Source: Candidatus Omnitrophota bacterium | GTDB lineage: Bacteria; Omnitrophota; Gorgyraeia; B26-G9 | Reading direction: 5' to 3' | Length of the DNA: 64,000 bases | NCBI GenBank assembly: GCA_043826565.1 | Contig: JBDRPX010000008.1 | Coordinates: 17,744-81,743 of the forward strand | Shown: positions 1 to 8,280 of the stretch, piece by piece | Layout: every line of letters begins with the position of its first letter | How positions within the stretch are numbered: the stretch's first letter is position 1 | Made by a program: the position numbers and the translations under genes | Notes under the pieces: generated by a model | What the model was told of the DNA's origin: nothing | The model's input: only the letters and a program-made list of their open reading frames with translations | The model's database searches: none

Positions 1-781
1 ATAAATCATTTATTTCTTCATAGATCACATCATCCTGCGGATTAAGCCGGAACAACCTCGTAAATATCTGCCCGGCCTGTTCATATTCTCCGCTAAGCTT
101 GTAATACCGGCCCAGTTCTAAAAGAACTTCTTTATTTTCCGGGGATTTTTCGAGCAGCTGAAGATAGCCCGCAATAACTTTTTTATAATTTCCACCGGGA
201 ACACGATGAATATCCGTTCTTTTTATCAGCACTTGCGCAAAACCGGAATCATCGTTTGAATTTAAATACAGTCTTTTCAGATTTTCGAAAAAAACCGAAA
301 ATAAACGAAAACTTTTCAGTTTTGCCAGTACAGCATGTGCCTTTAATTTAAGCGGCATCCTTGTCCAAACCACATCATGATAACTCCAGGAATCATTTTC
401 TCCGGTCAAAACCACAACAATATCCGGACAAAACTCTTTAAACAAATCGCTTAATCTGATCGCTACCTGCGTAGAATTGTAACCGGGAACCCCCAGGTTC
501 AGCACCCGAAACCGGTCCTGCCCAACACGTTCGTTTAATATCTTTTCCAACTGCCGGGGATAGCTGTTTTCTCCATCCGTGCCCAGGCCAAAGGTAAACG
601 AAGCTCCCAAGCAGACAATGTAGCTTTTATTTTTTTCCAATTGATTTAAATTGTATTGGGGAAGCTGATATTTAGCACAAAAACTGCCGCATATTCCCAG
701 GATAAGCTCTAGCAAACCAAAGGCAAGAATAACACCGGCCAGAAGAAATATAATCTTATGTTTTATTTCGATCTTACGCAT
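1..781 (-). CDS. SGNH/GDSL-type hydrolase with C-terminal TPR-like repeats (partial, C-terminus beyond window edge)
   Basis: Open frame not in ORF track because truncated; ATG complement at 779-781; translation MRKIEIKHKIIFLLAGV (TM helix) ..CLGASFTFGLG..SYPRQLEK.. shares motifs with CDS 31687-32739; TPR-like tail YYKLSGEYEQAGQIF. Confidence 0.5.
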   Translation of the reverse strand, partial: MRKIEIKHKIIFLLAGVILAFGLLELILGICGSFCAKYQLPQYNLNQLEKNKSYIVCLGASFTFGLGTDGENSYPRQLEKILNERVGQDRFRVLNLGVPGYNSTQVAIRLSDLFKEFCPDIVVVLTGENDSWSYHDVVWTRMPLKLKAHAVLAKLKSFRLFSVFFENLKRLYLNSNDDSGFAQVLIKRTDIHRVPGGNYKKVIAGYLQLLEKSPENKEVLLELGRYYKLSGEYEQAGQIFTRLFRLNPQDDVIYEEINDL

Positions 782-796
782 GTAAAAAACAACTTT

Positions 797-1162
797 TTAG
801 ATTTTTAGACGGGTTAAGGCTTCTTCCCGACTTTGACAGGTAATAATTTTTACACTCTTATCATAATGAAAAACCGACATAATACTAAACCCGATATCCT
901 TGCTTTTGTCCGGGATTATTCTCACTATTTCCACCGGCTGTTTTTGGTTACAAACATCCATCATCTGTTCGAAATACTTCCGGGCCGCTGAATCCATCCG
1001 GTCCAATCCGGTTAAATCGGTAAGTATCCGTACTCCCGAATTAGCCTCTTCCAGGCAATTTTCCATATCTTTCAAGCACTGCTTGGCCTGAGTTTCGTCA
1101 AAATCAGCGCTTATTTTCAAGGTAAGCAGATTGTTCGTTTTATCAAAATCGATATAAAACAT
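797..1162 (-). CDS. small STAS-like domain protein (anti-sigma antagonist-like), hypothetical
   Basis: 121 aa ORF; ILTDLTGLDRMDSAARKYF resembles STAS core; weak. Confidence 0.3.
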   Translation of the reverse strand: MFYIDFDKTNNLLTLKISADFDETQAKQCLKDMENCLEEANSGVRILTDLTGLDRMDSAARKYFEQMMDVCNQKQPVEIVRIIPDKSKDIGFSIMSVFHYDKSVKIITCQSREEALTRLKI

Positions 1163-1186
1163 AACCTTCCTTTAAGAATTTAGCTC

Positions 1187-1672
1187 TTACAATGATTTTA
1201 CTATATTTTTCGCCCAGTCCTTAGCTTTTTTTAAATTATTTTCCGTGTTCCTTTTTGATGGGTCCTGGAAATCAATTTCTCCTAAAATCTGATTTCCCGG
1301 CAAAACTTGTTTCAACTTATCGAATATGTTACCTTTGCCTCCGCCATGACAGCAGAATAAGGCTATTTTTTTATTTGCTATTGGATGTGCCGTGAAAAAA
1401 GCATTCAGCGGCGGAGCATATGTCCAGGCCCAGACCGGAGTACCGATGAATATGACCTCATAATTTTGGATATCCTTATCCAAGGGCAGCAGTTCCGGCT
1501 TGGTCTTCATCATGGCCGCTCTTCCGCCCCAGACATATTTCATAAATCCTTTAGCCGGGATTTCTTTTTTGGGCTTTAGTTCCAAAATATCCGCGTTTAC
1601 TGTTTTCGCGATATTTTCCGCGATCAACCGGGTATTCCCCTCTAATGAATAAAATACCACGATTTTTTTCAT
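1187..1672 (-). CDS. flavodoxin-like / NAD(P)H-dependent FMN reductase family protein
   Basis: 161 aa; MKKIVVFYSLEGNTR..GTPVWAWTYAPPLNAFF flavodoxin fold signature. Confidence 0.7.
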   Translation of the reverse strand: MKKIVVFYSLEGNTRLIAENIAKTVNADILELKPKKEIPAKGFMKYVWGGRAAMMKTKPELLPLDKDIQNYEVIFIGTPVWAWTYAPPLNAFFTAHPIANKKIALFCCHGGGKGNIFDKLKQVLPGNQILGEIDFQDPSKRNTENNLKKAKDWAKNIVKSL

Positions 1673-1845
1673 ATTCCCTCCATAACCAGTATATCAACCG
1701 CCATCAGGTCTGTATATTAAATATTACCCTCCCTGCCGTTTCCCGCCTTTTGCGGAATAAATCCCGGCAGTTTAATATTTAACATCATTTCTTTGGATTC
1801 CTGTAATTCTTTATATGGAATAAACGCTGTCCCCTTTAGCTATTT

Positions 1846-2448
1846 TTAATCTGTCACAGTAGGCGTATAAGTTCGTTTTATTGCTATATCATCCAGAAAT
1901 TTTTTTAGCAAGTTAAATTCCTTAGCACCTAACTGCCACTTGGAAATAATTAAGCGCCCCGTATATCCGCGCGGCGGATAATTTTCGTTAAAAATTATAA
2001 ACCATGGTGATGTAAAGGGAGGTTGTGTTATCTTCCAGAAATTCACCAGATTTCTTCCCCAAGCATCTTCTACCCTTGGGGCACCTGTTATACCGATAAC
2101 TACACGAGCACGTGACCATGGCCAAATGCACATTTTGACAAAGCTTAGAGAAATAAGCAAAACTCCGGCAAAGGCAAAGACTTCATTTGTTGCACCTCTT
2201 ATCGTTGTGCTGATGTATCCCAAATAGAGCAAATAGCTGGCCACTAACAATAAGCCTGTTGCGATATATCCAACCCTTGTTCGAACTAAGCAATAGTAAC
2301 ACCCGCTACGACTGATATAAGCTTTATATAGCAGCAGTTTCGGATCCAATTGATGTAATTTTTTTATTAAATAAAGCCTGTATATCAACATCGAAAGTGC
2401 GAAAACCATATATATCGCAGTTAAATAAAATGTCCAATGCATAATCAT
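1846..2448 (-). CDS. hypothetical integral membrane protein
   Basis: 200 aa ORF with several hydrophobic helices; no recognised motif. Confidence 0.35.
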   Translation of the reverse strand: MIMHWTFYLTAIYMVFALSMLIYRLYLIKKLHQLDPKLLLYKAYISRSGCYYCLVRTRVGYIATGLLLVASYLLYLGYISTTIRGATNEVFAFAGVLLISLSFVKMCIWPWSRARVVIGITGAPRVEDAWGRNLVNFWKITQPPFTSPWFIIFNENYPPRGYTGRLIISKWQLGAKEFNLLKKFLDDIAIKRTYTPTVTD

Positions 2449-2481
2449 TACCTTAAGTCTAACATTCTGTTATCTATCTAC

Positions 2482-3567
2482 CTATTTGTTCAATTTTTTA
2501 ATTTGTTTTTTTGCTGTTTTAATGAATTGCCCGAATTTGCGGTCTTTTTCTCTTTTTTCGAGTTTACTCATAGTATTATATTCGTTTTCCTTTACCAGCT
2601 TAAGATAGTTGTCATATTTACCTTTATCCAAACGGCCGGAAGATACAGCTTTCAAAACAGCACATCCCGGTTCATTAACATGGCCGCAATCAAAAAATTT
2701 ACAAGCCTTTGACAGTTCATAAATTTCCGAGAAAACACTTTTTATCCCTGTTTCTGAGTCCAATACTCCGATTTCCCGCATTCCGGGATTGTCAATTAAC
2801 ACACCGCCACTTTCTAATATGAATAATTCTCTATGAGTAGTAATATGTTTACCTCTATTTGCACTTGAACTTATCTCGGCAGTCTTGATTAAGTTTTCAC
2901 CCAAAATACTATTTATAATAGATGATTTCCCCACCCCGGAAGAACCCAGAAAACAGCCGGTTAACCCTTTTTTTATACTGTTTTTTATATCACTAATCCC
3001 TTTGCCTGTGATAATGCTCGTTGTATAAATCTCAATATTCCTGAACCTCTCTCTTATCTCAATTATTTTTGCGTCTAATTCATTCTTTGATATCAGATCA
3101 GTTTTATTCAGGACTATTACCGGTTTTATGTTTTCTGATTCGGCAAGCGCAATATATCTTTCAAATCTATTTAAATTATAATCCCTATCCGGGGATTGAA
3201 TGATCAAAGCAGCATCAATATTTGAAGCAATCAGCTGTTTGTCTGAATTACTGACGGATTTTCTTATTAGTACTGTCTTTCTGGGGAGTATTTCATGGAT
3301 AAGAGCCTGTTCTTCATCAAGAACCGTTATTAAAACCCAGTCTCCCACCGCGGGATAATCTTCGCGCGATGAAGCGGTAAAAATCATTTTGCCGGTTATT
3401 CTTGCGGATAGTTCAGCGGTCTCATTCCTTAGAATATATAATTCTTTATGTTCGGCAATGATCCGGGCGGGAGTAAGGGTTTTGTTTTCTTTATTTTTTC
3501 GATTATTATCAAAAAACTCGCCATAACCGATATCTGCCAAATTGATTTTTCTAATGTTTTTTTTCAT
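2482..3567 (-). CDS. rsgA: ribosome small subunit-dependent GTPase A (RsgA/YjeQ)
   Basis: 361 aa; G4-G1-G3 circular permutation, GSSGVGKSSIIN P-loop, DNPGMRE, C-terminal zinc finger CxFxDCxHxxEPGCAV. Confidence 0.85.
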   Translation of the reverse strand: MKKNIRKINLADIGYGEFFDNNRKNKENKTLTPARIIAEHKELYILRNETAELSARITGKMIFTASSREDYPAVGDWVLITVLDEEQALIHEILPRKTVLIRKSVSNSDKQLIASNIDAALIIQSPDRDYNLNRFERYIALAESENIKPVIVLNKTDLISKNELDAKIIEIRERFRNIEIYTTSIITGKGISDIKNSIKKGLTGCFLGSSGVGKSSIINSILGENLIKTAEISSSANRGKHITTHRELFILESGGVLIDNPGMREIGVLDSETGIKSVFSEIYELSKACKFFDCGHVNEPGCAVLKAVSSGRLDKGKYDNYLKLVKENEYNTMSKLEKREKDRKFGQFIKTAKKQIKKLNK

Positions 3568-3613
3568 GATTGTTTAATTATAACAGTAGGTGCGAAGCGA
3601 ATTATCAGCAATT

Positions 3614-4318
3614 TCATCCGAATATTTTTATTCCGATCATGCCCACGAGAAATCCCAGGCTTGCCCCCAAGGCAGGTTCCCAATGTTTTTTAATTTTTGA
3701 TAACGGCGCAATATCCTGAAATATTAAATATAAGATCCCTCCGGCGGAGAATAGCATGATCCCCGCGGTAAGCTCAGGTTTATTAATTAAAAAATATCTT
3801 CCCGCCAAAGCAGAAAAAACTCCCAGAAAACTAAGCATAAAAAAGATCAGTAAAATATTTTTTGCCGTATAACTGCTTTTGCGTAATTCAAAATAAGCAT
3901 TGAATGATTCCGGTAAGTTTTGAAATCCGATAAAAAACGCGAGCAGAATACCCAGCCGGTGATTGTGCGCGAAAACCGCTCCTAAAGCAATTGCTTCCGG
4001 AACAAAATCCATAAGCATGGCCATGGCCTGCGCGAAAACTCCGCCTTTTTGTTCAATGAAGCGGTCGATAATAAAGAACACGAACGCTCCCAGCAAAAAG
4101 ATCAGGGAAAATTTCGGAATAGAAAACATTTCCACGCCTTTTGGCGTAAGGACAAAGGCCACGGCTGCGATAAGGATACCGCCGCCAAAAGCAACCGTCC
4201 AATGGAGAATATACGATTCTATTTTTTGCCGGCAGCAGCGTTCAAATATTCCGGCTAAAAAACCGCCAAAAAATATCGTAATTCCCGCTAATATTGAGTA
4301 AATAATAATTTCTATCAT
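3614..4318 (-). CDS. ZIP family metal (zinc) transporter
   Basis: 234 aa polytopic membrane protein; HNxxxG..FQNLPE motif resembling ZupT HNxPEG signature. Confidence 0.55.
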   Translation of the reverse strand: MIEIIIYSILAGITIFFGGFLAGIFERCCRQKIESYILHWTVAFGGGILIAAVAFVLTPKGVEMFSIPKFSLIFLLGAFVFFIIDRFIEQKGGVFAQAMAMLMDFVPEAIALGAVFAHNHRLGILLAFFIGFQNLPESFNAYFELRKSSYTAKNILLIFFMLSFLGVFSALAGRYFLINKPELTAGIMLFSAGGILYLIFQDIAPLSKIKKHWEPALGASLGFLVGMIGIKIFG

Positions 4319-4373
4319 TTTGTTTTTCCACCAGCCCGTCCCGATTGGGCGAAGCTGTCGTGAGTTGGCATAA

Positions 4374-4559
4374 TCACAAATTAATCCATTTCGATATTTT
4401 TATGGTAGTTTGATAAATCACCCAGGAATTTTTTGCAATTTCTCCGTATTGGTTTAAAATCATTTCATTATTCATAATATCACCAAAAACACATTCCTGA
4501 TTCTGCGTACATATCGTTACAAAATAATACCCACCATTTGAATAATCATAATCTTTCAT
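4374..4559 (-). pseudogene. truncated REP-associated tyrosine transposase (RAYT / IS200-like Y1) N-terminal fragment
   Basis: 61 aa MKDYDYSNGGYYFVTICTQNQ.. matches N-terminus of the RAYT at 28186 (YDYSLNGYYFVTICSKNR) but lacks HuH and catalytic Tyr regions. Confidence 0.55.
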
Positions 4560-4584
4560 TCAATTTGGTTTTCGTTTTGGATAT

Positions 4585-5616
4585 TTATTCATTTATTCTC
4601 GCAGCCGCTATCATTTTTTTTACATTTTCAATAGTATTAATAGGCATTAGTAAAATATTAGGATGGTTCCTTTCGAACACCCTAAAAATCTCATCAGCAA
4701 AAGCTCGACCGATTGAATCAACTTCTTGAAAATCTAGAATTACAGTTTTAAATCTATCAATCCTACCGAGTAATCTCTTAGCCTGAGATCTGGATATCAG
4801 TTTTTCAGCGCCATGTTTTACTAGTCGAACAGGGACAACTGTTTTTGTAAAACCATAATCTTCTTCTTCAGAAGCAAAACGATCAAATATTTCCTTATCA
4901 GTACGATCACTTTGATTTGCTAGAGACATAAAAATAGATGTCCCTGTTTTTGAAGCCTCTCGTTCAATAATCCAGTCTTCATCTTCTTCCAGTTCATGAG
5001 AAAAGAATACTTCTCCGGAAAGAATTGCAAATTCATCCAGCATTCTTGAAGTAAAAAAGATTCCTTCTCCAGTATGATTTTCGCTATCAGTAGTTAGTTT
5101 TCCTTTAGCTAATTCCAAAACTGCATGCCGCTCATCCTCTAAATTGCATTCTTTTTTAATTTTTCTAAATATCCCAACCCCATCATCATGAATACTTATC
5201 CTAGTTAAAAAAGAGTTCATTTCAATAGATATTACTATTTTTGTTCCTGCAGAATGATCTATGGCATTATTGACCATTTCTGTGAAAGAATAATGCCAAA
5301 TATCTATGACGTTAGCAGGAAAGTTATTAAAAAGATTAAAAAGCTTTTCTCTCCACAGGACATCTTCTTTTAGTCCACTTAATGGAATTGAGAAACTACT
5401 TTTGTGTATAACCTTAAGGGAGTAAGTTCGTTGCCGTGTGTTTCCATTAGCGGAAATATGTCCTTCTTTTAAGAGATCTTGAATATATCGATTTACTGCT
5501 TGTCTCGAAATATTAAAATGTTCAGCAGTTTGGCTGACAATATGTTGAGGGTTTGTTGAGATATTTTCTAAGATAAATCTTCTAATTTCTATACCACGCT
5601 TATAAGATTTTTTCAT
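4585..5616 (-). CDS. wHTH - GHKL (HATPase_c) ATPase - STAS-like (DUF4325) fusion protein
   Basis: 343 aa; N-terminal HTH (ISRQAVNRYIQDL), N-box NAIDHS, G1 DDGVGI, G2 GEGIFF, C-terminal STAS-like region; upstream direct repeats TTGTCAATATTTT x2 (5696-5713, 5764-5782). Confidence 0.5.
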   Translation of the reverse strand: MKKSYKRGIEIRRFILENISTNPQHIVSQTAEHFNISRQAVNRYIQDLLKEGHISANGNTRQRTYSLKVIHKSSFSIPLSGLKEDVLWREKLFNLFNNFPANVIDIWHYSFTEMVNNAIDHSAGTKIVISIEMNSFLTRISIHDDGVGIFRKIKKECNLEDERHAVLELAKGKLTTDSENHTGEGIFFTSRMLDEFAILSGEVFFSHELEEDEDWIIEREASKTGTSIFMSLANQSDRTDKEIFDRFASEEEDYGFTKTVVPVRLVKHGAEKLISRSQAKRLLGRIDRFKTVILDFQEVDSIGRAFADEIFRVFERNHPNILLMPINTIENVKKMIAAARINE

Positions 5617-5823
5617 GATTTTAGTTTTCCTATAAAGAACTTATTGTGATTAATTGGCTATAAAGCATCTTTTACATTGTAAACAAAAATAATCCACATT
5701 GTCAATATTTTGTTGTATAATATGCCAATGAAAACACATAACGTTTTATATATCAACAAGTTAATTGTCAATATTTTATTAGCTATTCGGAAGAATATTT
5801 CTAGATAATGATCTTTATTTTAC

Positions 5824-5880
5824 ATCTAACGTTTGAGCTCCGCCCTACGAAGCATGGCGGAGTAGTGTGTTGTTTTATGT
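5824..5880 (-). other. integron attC-like recombination site (minus-strand orientation)
   Basis: minus-strand reading: ATAAAACAACACAC (compare attC6 ATAACAACACAC) ..CTCCGCC atgcttcgtag GGCGGAG CTCAAAC GTTAGAT; 3' half near-identical to attC8 GAGCTCAAATGTTAGAC; begins 1 nt after stop of CDS 5882-7210. Confidence 0.45.
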
Positions 5881-5881
5881 A

Positions 5882-7210
5882 TTAATTATCTGCTTTTACT
5901 TCTCGCAGATGCTCTCTGAGTTGTTTTTTATAATTAGACCGTCTATACTCAGTAAACTCTGCAGAATACAACTTTTCCGCTAAATCACGAAACCCTATCT
6001 CTAGCTCCTTTACAGTCATATTCTTAGGGATGTAATTTACATCAAATAATGTGCATTTTTTCCAGTCACCCTCTTCAGTCACCCTCTTCTCAGCAACAAG
6101 CCTCTCATAAAGCGGCGTTCCGGGAAAAGCTGTCATTATTGTTATCTGTACTTCATATAAACCGCTGTCCTTAACAAACTCAAACACATTATCAAAGATT
6201 GATTTATCCTGGCCATCTAGGCCAAGGATAAAACAGCCGTTAACAGTTATTCCATATGATTGTATTTTATTTATTGCCTGTTTATACTTTTCTAATTGAC
6301 TGGATTTCCAGTTATTTATCAGCTCAATACCATCAAGATCTCTCTTTACGGGACTTTCAAAGCCTATTAATACCTGCTGACACCCGCCTTCCCGCATAAG
6401 AGTTAAAAGTTCCTCATCCTCAGCTACGGAAACATCTGTTTCTGTAAACCACTTGATCTTTTCATACCTCAGTTCCTTTAGTAACTCTTTCCAGTAGGCT
6501 TTATTAACAAAAGTATTATCATCGGCAAATTCAATAAACGGACGCTCCCATAACTTTTTAATCTCACGGATCTCCTCAAGCACCTTTTGAGCCGGTTTCT
6601 GCTTATACTTCTTGCTTATTAAAATAGACGCCGCACAAAACTCACATTCATGCGGACATCCCCGGGAAGTCTGAACAGTTAAACGATTATATTTTTCCGG
6701 ATCAAGAAGATCAAATCTCGGCATCGGTGCGTCTTTTAAATCAAAATCCTTATTAAATGAACTATAATATGGCTGCAGCGTTCCATTTTTAAAATCCTGC
6801 AAAAGATCTTTCCACACAGCTTCCCCCTCACCAATTACAACAGAATCACAATGTTCTTTAGCTTCTTCAGGAACGCTGGTTACATGCGGCCCGCCGATTA
6901 CAGTTTTAACTCCTATCTGAACATACCTATCGGCTAACTCATAAGCTTCAAATATCTGAGCACTGTATGTTGAAATAGCGACAAGATCAAAAGGCCCGGG
7001 AAGCTCATTAACATCTTTAATATCCGAGATCTCAATATATTCAATATCAAACTCATCCGGGGTCAGCGCGGCTAAGGTTATCAGCCCTAAACTAGGCAGC
7101 GAAGCAATGATCTTATTACGATCAACAAACCCCGGCAGAGTAAGCCCTAACTCTGTAAGCTCTTTATTATAAGCTCGAACTCCGCTCATTGCTATTAATC
7201 CTATACGCAT
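5882..7210 (-). CDS. B12-binding domain radical SAM protein
   Basis: 442 aa; N-terminal cobalamin-binding Rossmann region, CPHECEFC (CxxxCxxC) radical SAM cluster motif. Confidence 0.75.
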   Translation of the reverse strand: MRIGLIAMSGVRAYNKELTELGLTLPGFVDRNKIIASLPSLGLITLAALTPDEFDIEYIEISDIKDVNELPGPFDLVAISTYSAQIFEAYELADRYVQIGVKTVIGGPHVTSVPEEAKEHCDSVVIGEGEAVWKDLLQDFKNGTLQPYYSSFNKDFDLKDAPMPRFDLLDPEKYNRLTVQTSRGCPHECEFCAASILISKKYKQKPAQKVLEEIREIKKLWERPFIEFADDNTFVNKAYWKELLKELRYEKIKWFTETDVSVAEDEELLTLMREGGCQQVLIGFESPVKRDLDGIELINNWKSSQLEKYKQAINKIQSYGITVNGCFILGLDGQDKSIFDNVFEFVKDSGLYEVQITIMTAFPGTPLYERLVAEKRVTEEGDWKKCTLFDVNYIPKNMTVKELEIGFRDLAEKLYSAEFTEYRRSNYKKQLREHLREVKADN

Positions 7211-7213
7211 ATA

Positions 7214-7606
7214 TCATCCTTTTTGTGTTTTAGCCCAATTGAGAAAGGCCAAATTCTTAACCACACCAATAATACTTAAAATTGATATCACTAAAAATAC
7301 CATAGGAATACCCATGGTAAAATAACAATACAAAACAGCCGTAGCAAAAGATAACTTCATAAGTAATCTAACTACTACCAGATCAATATTCCTTAAAGGA
7401 TTTTTAGCGATTAAAAACTCACCCACCCCCCCGCAGACAATAAAAAGAGCGGGAACAAATACATATCCAGGGTGATTGGGTAATGTAATACCACAAGCCG
7501 CATAAATACTCTTATAAAAGAATATAAAGCCTAACCCCAGCAGAATATCATAAACACCAACAATCCTAAAAGCTAACGGAAAATTAATATTTTTATTCAT
7601 AGACAA
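7214..7606 (-). CDS. hypothetical small membrane protein
   Basis: 130 aa, 4 predicted TM helices; tightly packed between 5882-7210 and 7616-8020. Confidence 0.45.
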   Translation of the reverse strand: MSMNKNINFPLAFRIVGVYDILLGLGFIFFYKSIYAACGITLPNHPGYVFVPALFIVCGGVGEFLIAKNPLRNIDLVVVRLLMKLSFATAVLYCYFTMGIPMVFLVISILSIIGVVKNLAFLNWAKTQKG

Positions 7607-7615
7607 CTCCTTCCT

Positions 7616-8020
7616 TTATAAATTCAGTAATTCATACTGCAAAGTTTCATGGTCAAGCATTGATTGCCAAAAACTTTCATTATACTTATGATACATATTA
7701 AACCAGGCTCTAAACATTCTTTTTTTTAATGTCTTCTTAAGAAGGTTTTCCAGCATATCATGCGAAAGCACAGAAAAAACAATATTCGCAGCAGCTTTTA
7801 AAAAAGCTTTTCTTATCACAGGTACCGAAAAACCCAGATTGTTCAATTCATTAACGATATAACCCGCCGTCACCACCTCATTAAGAGAAAGTCTTTTATA
7901 AACAAATACCTTAGGCTTCTCTGAAGTTTTCAAAGAAAGCGCATTGTATATACTCTCTCCCAGGTTTTCCACCAGAAACATTCTTCTCAATGTATTCTTG
8001 TATTTAATATTGGTTTTCAT
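7616..8020 (-). CDS. hypothetical protein
   Basis: 134 aa ORF; ATG 6 nt downstream (minus strand) of GTTAAAC core of attC-like site. Confidence 0.4.
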   Translation of the reverse strand: MKTNIKYKNTLRRMFLVENLGESIYNALSLKTSEKPKVFVYKRLSLNEVVTAGYIVNELNNLGFSVPVIRKAFLKAAANIVFSVLSHDMLENLLKKTLKKRMFRAWFNMYHKYNESFWQSMLDHETLQYELLNL

Positions 8021-8025
8021 TTTTT

Positions 8026-8072
8026 GTTTAACATTTGAGCTCAGCCCCGCTTGGCCGGGGTTAGCTCGTCCC
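8026..8072 (-). other. integron attC-like recombination site (minus-strand orientation, short)
   Basis: minus-strand reading: GAGCTAAC CCCGGCC aag CGGGG CTGAGCTCAAAT GTTAAAC; 3' half matches attC4/attC8 (CTGAGCTCAAATGTTA); followed directly by ATG of 7616-8020. Confidence 0.4.
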
Positions 8073-8280
8073 GCCGTTTTTTGCAGAAATTACTATCACT
8101 TTTTCACCGGATATCTGCCGCAGGAGAATTTCTCCCCTTCCGGGCAGGATTTTAAGGATTCACATTTAGCTCCGGCTTCGCTAAACACTGCCGGCACGCG
8201 GAATAAATTACAGAGATTACGTTCGGGGAAAATTCCAGAAGTCTTAAGTCTAATCGCGCCTGTGGCATTACTTACACCGT

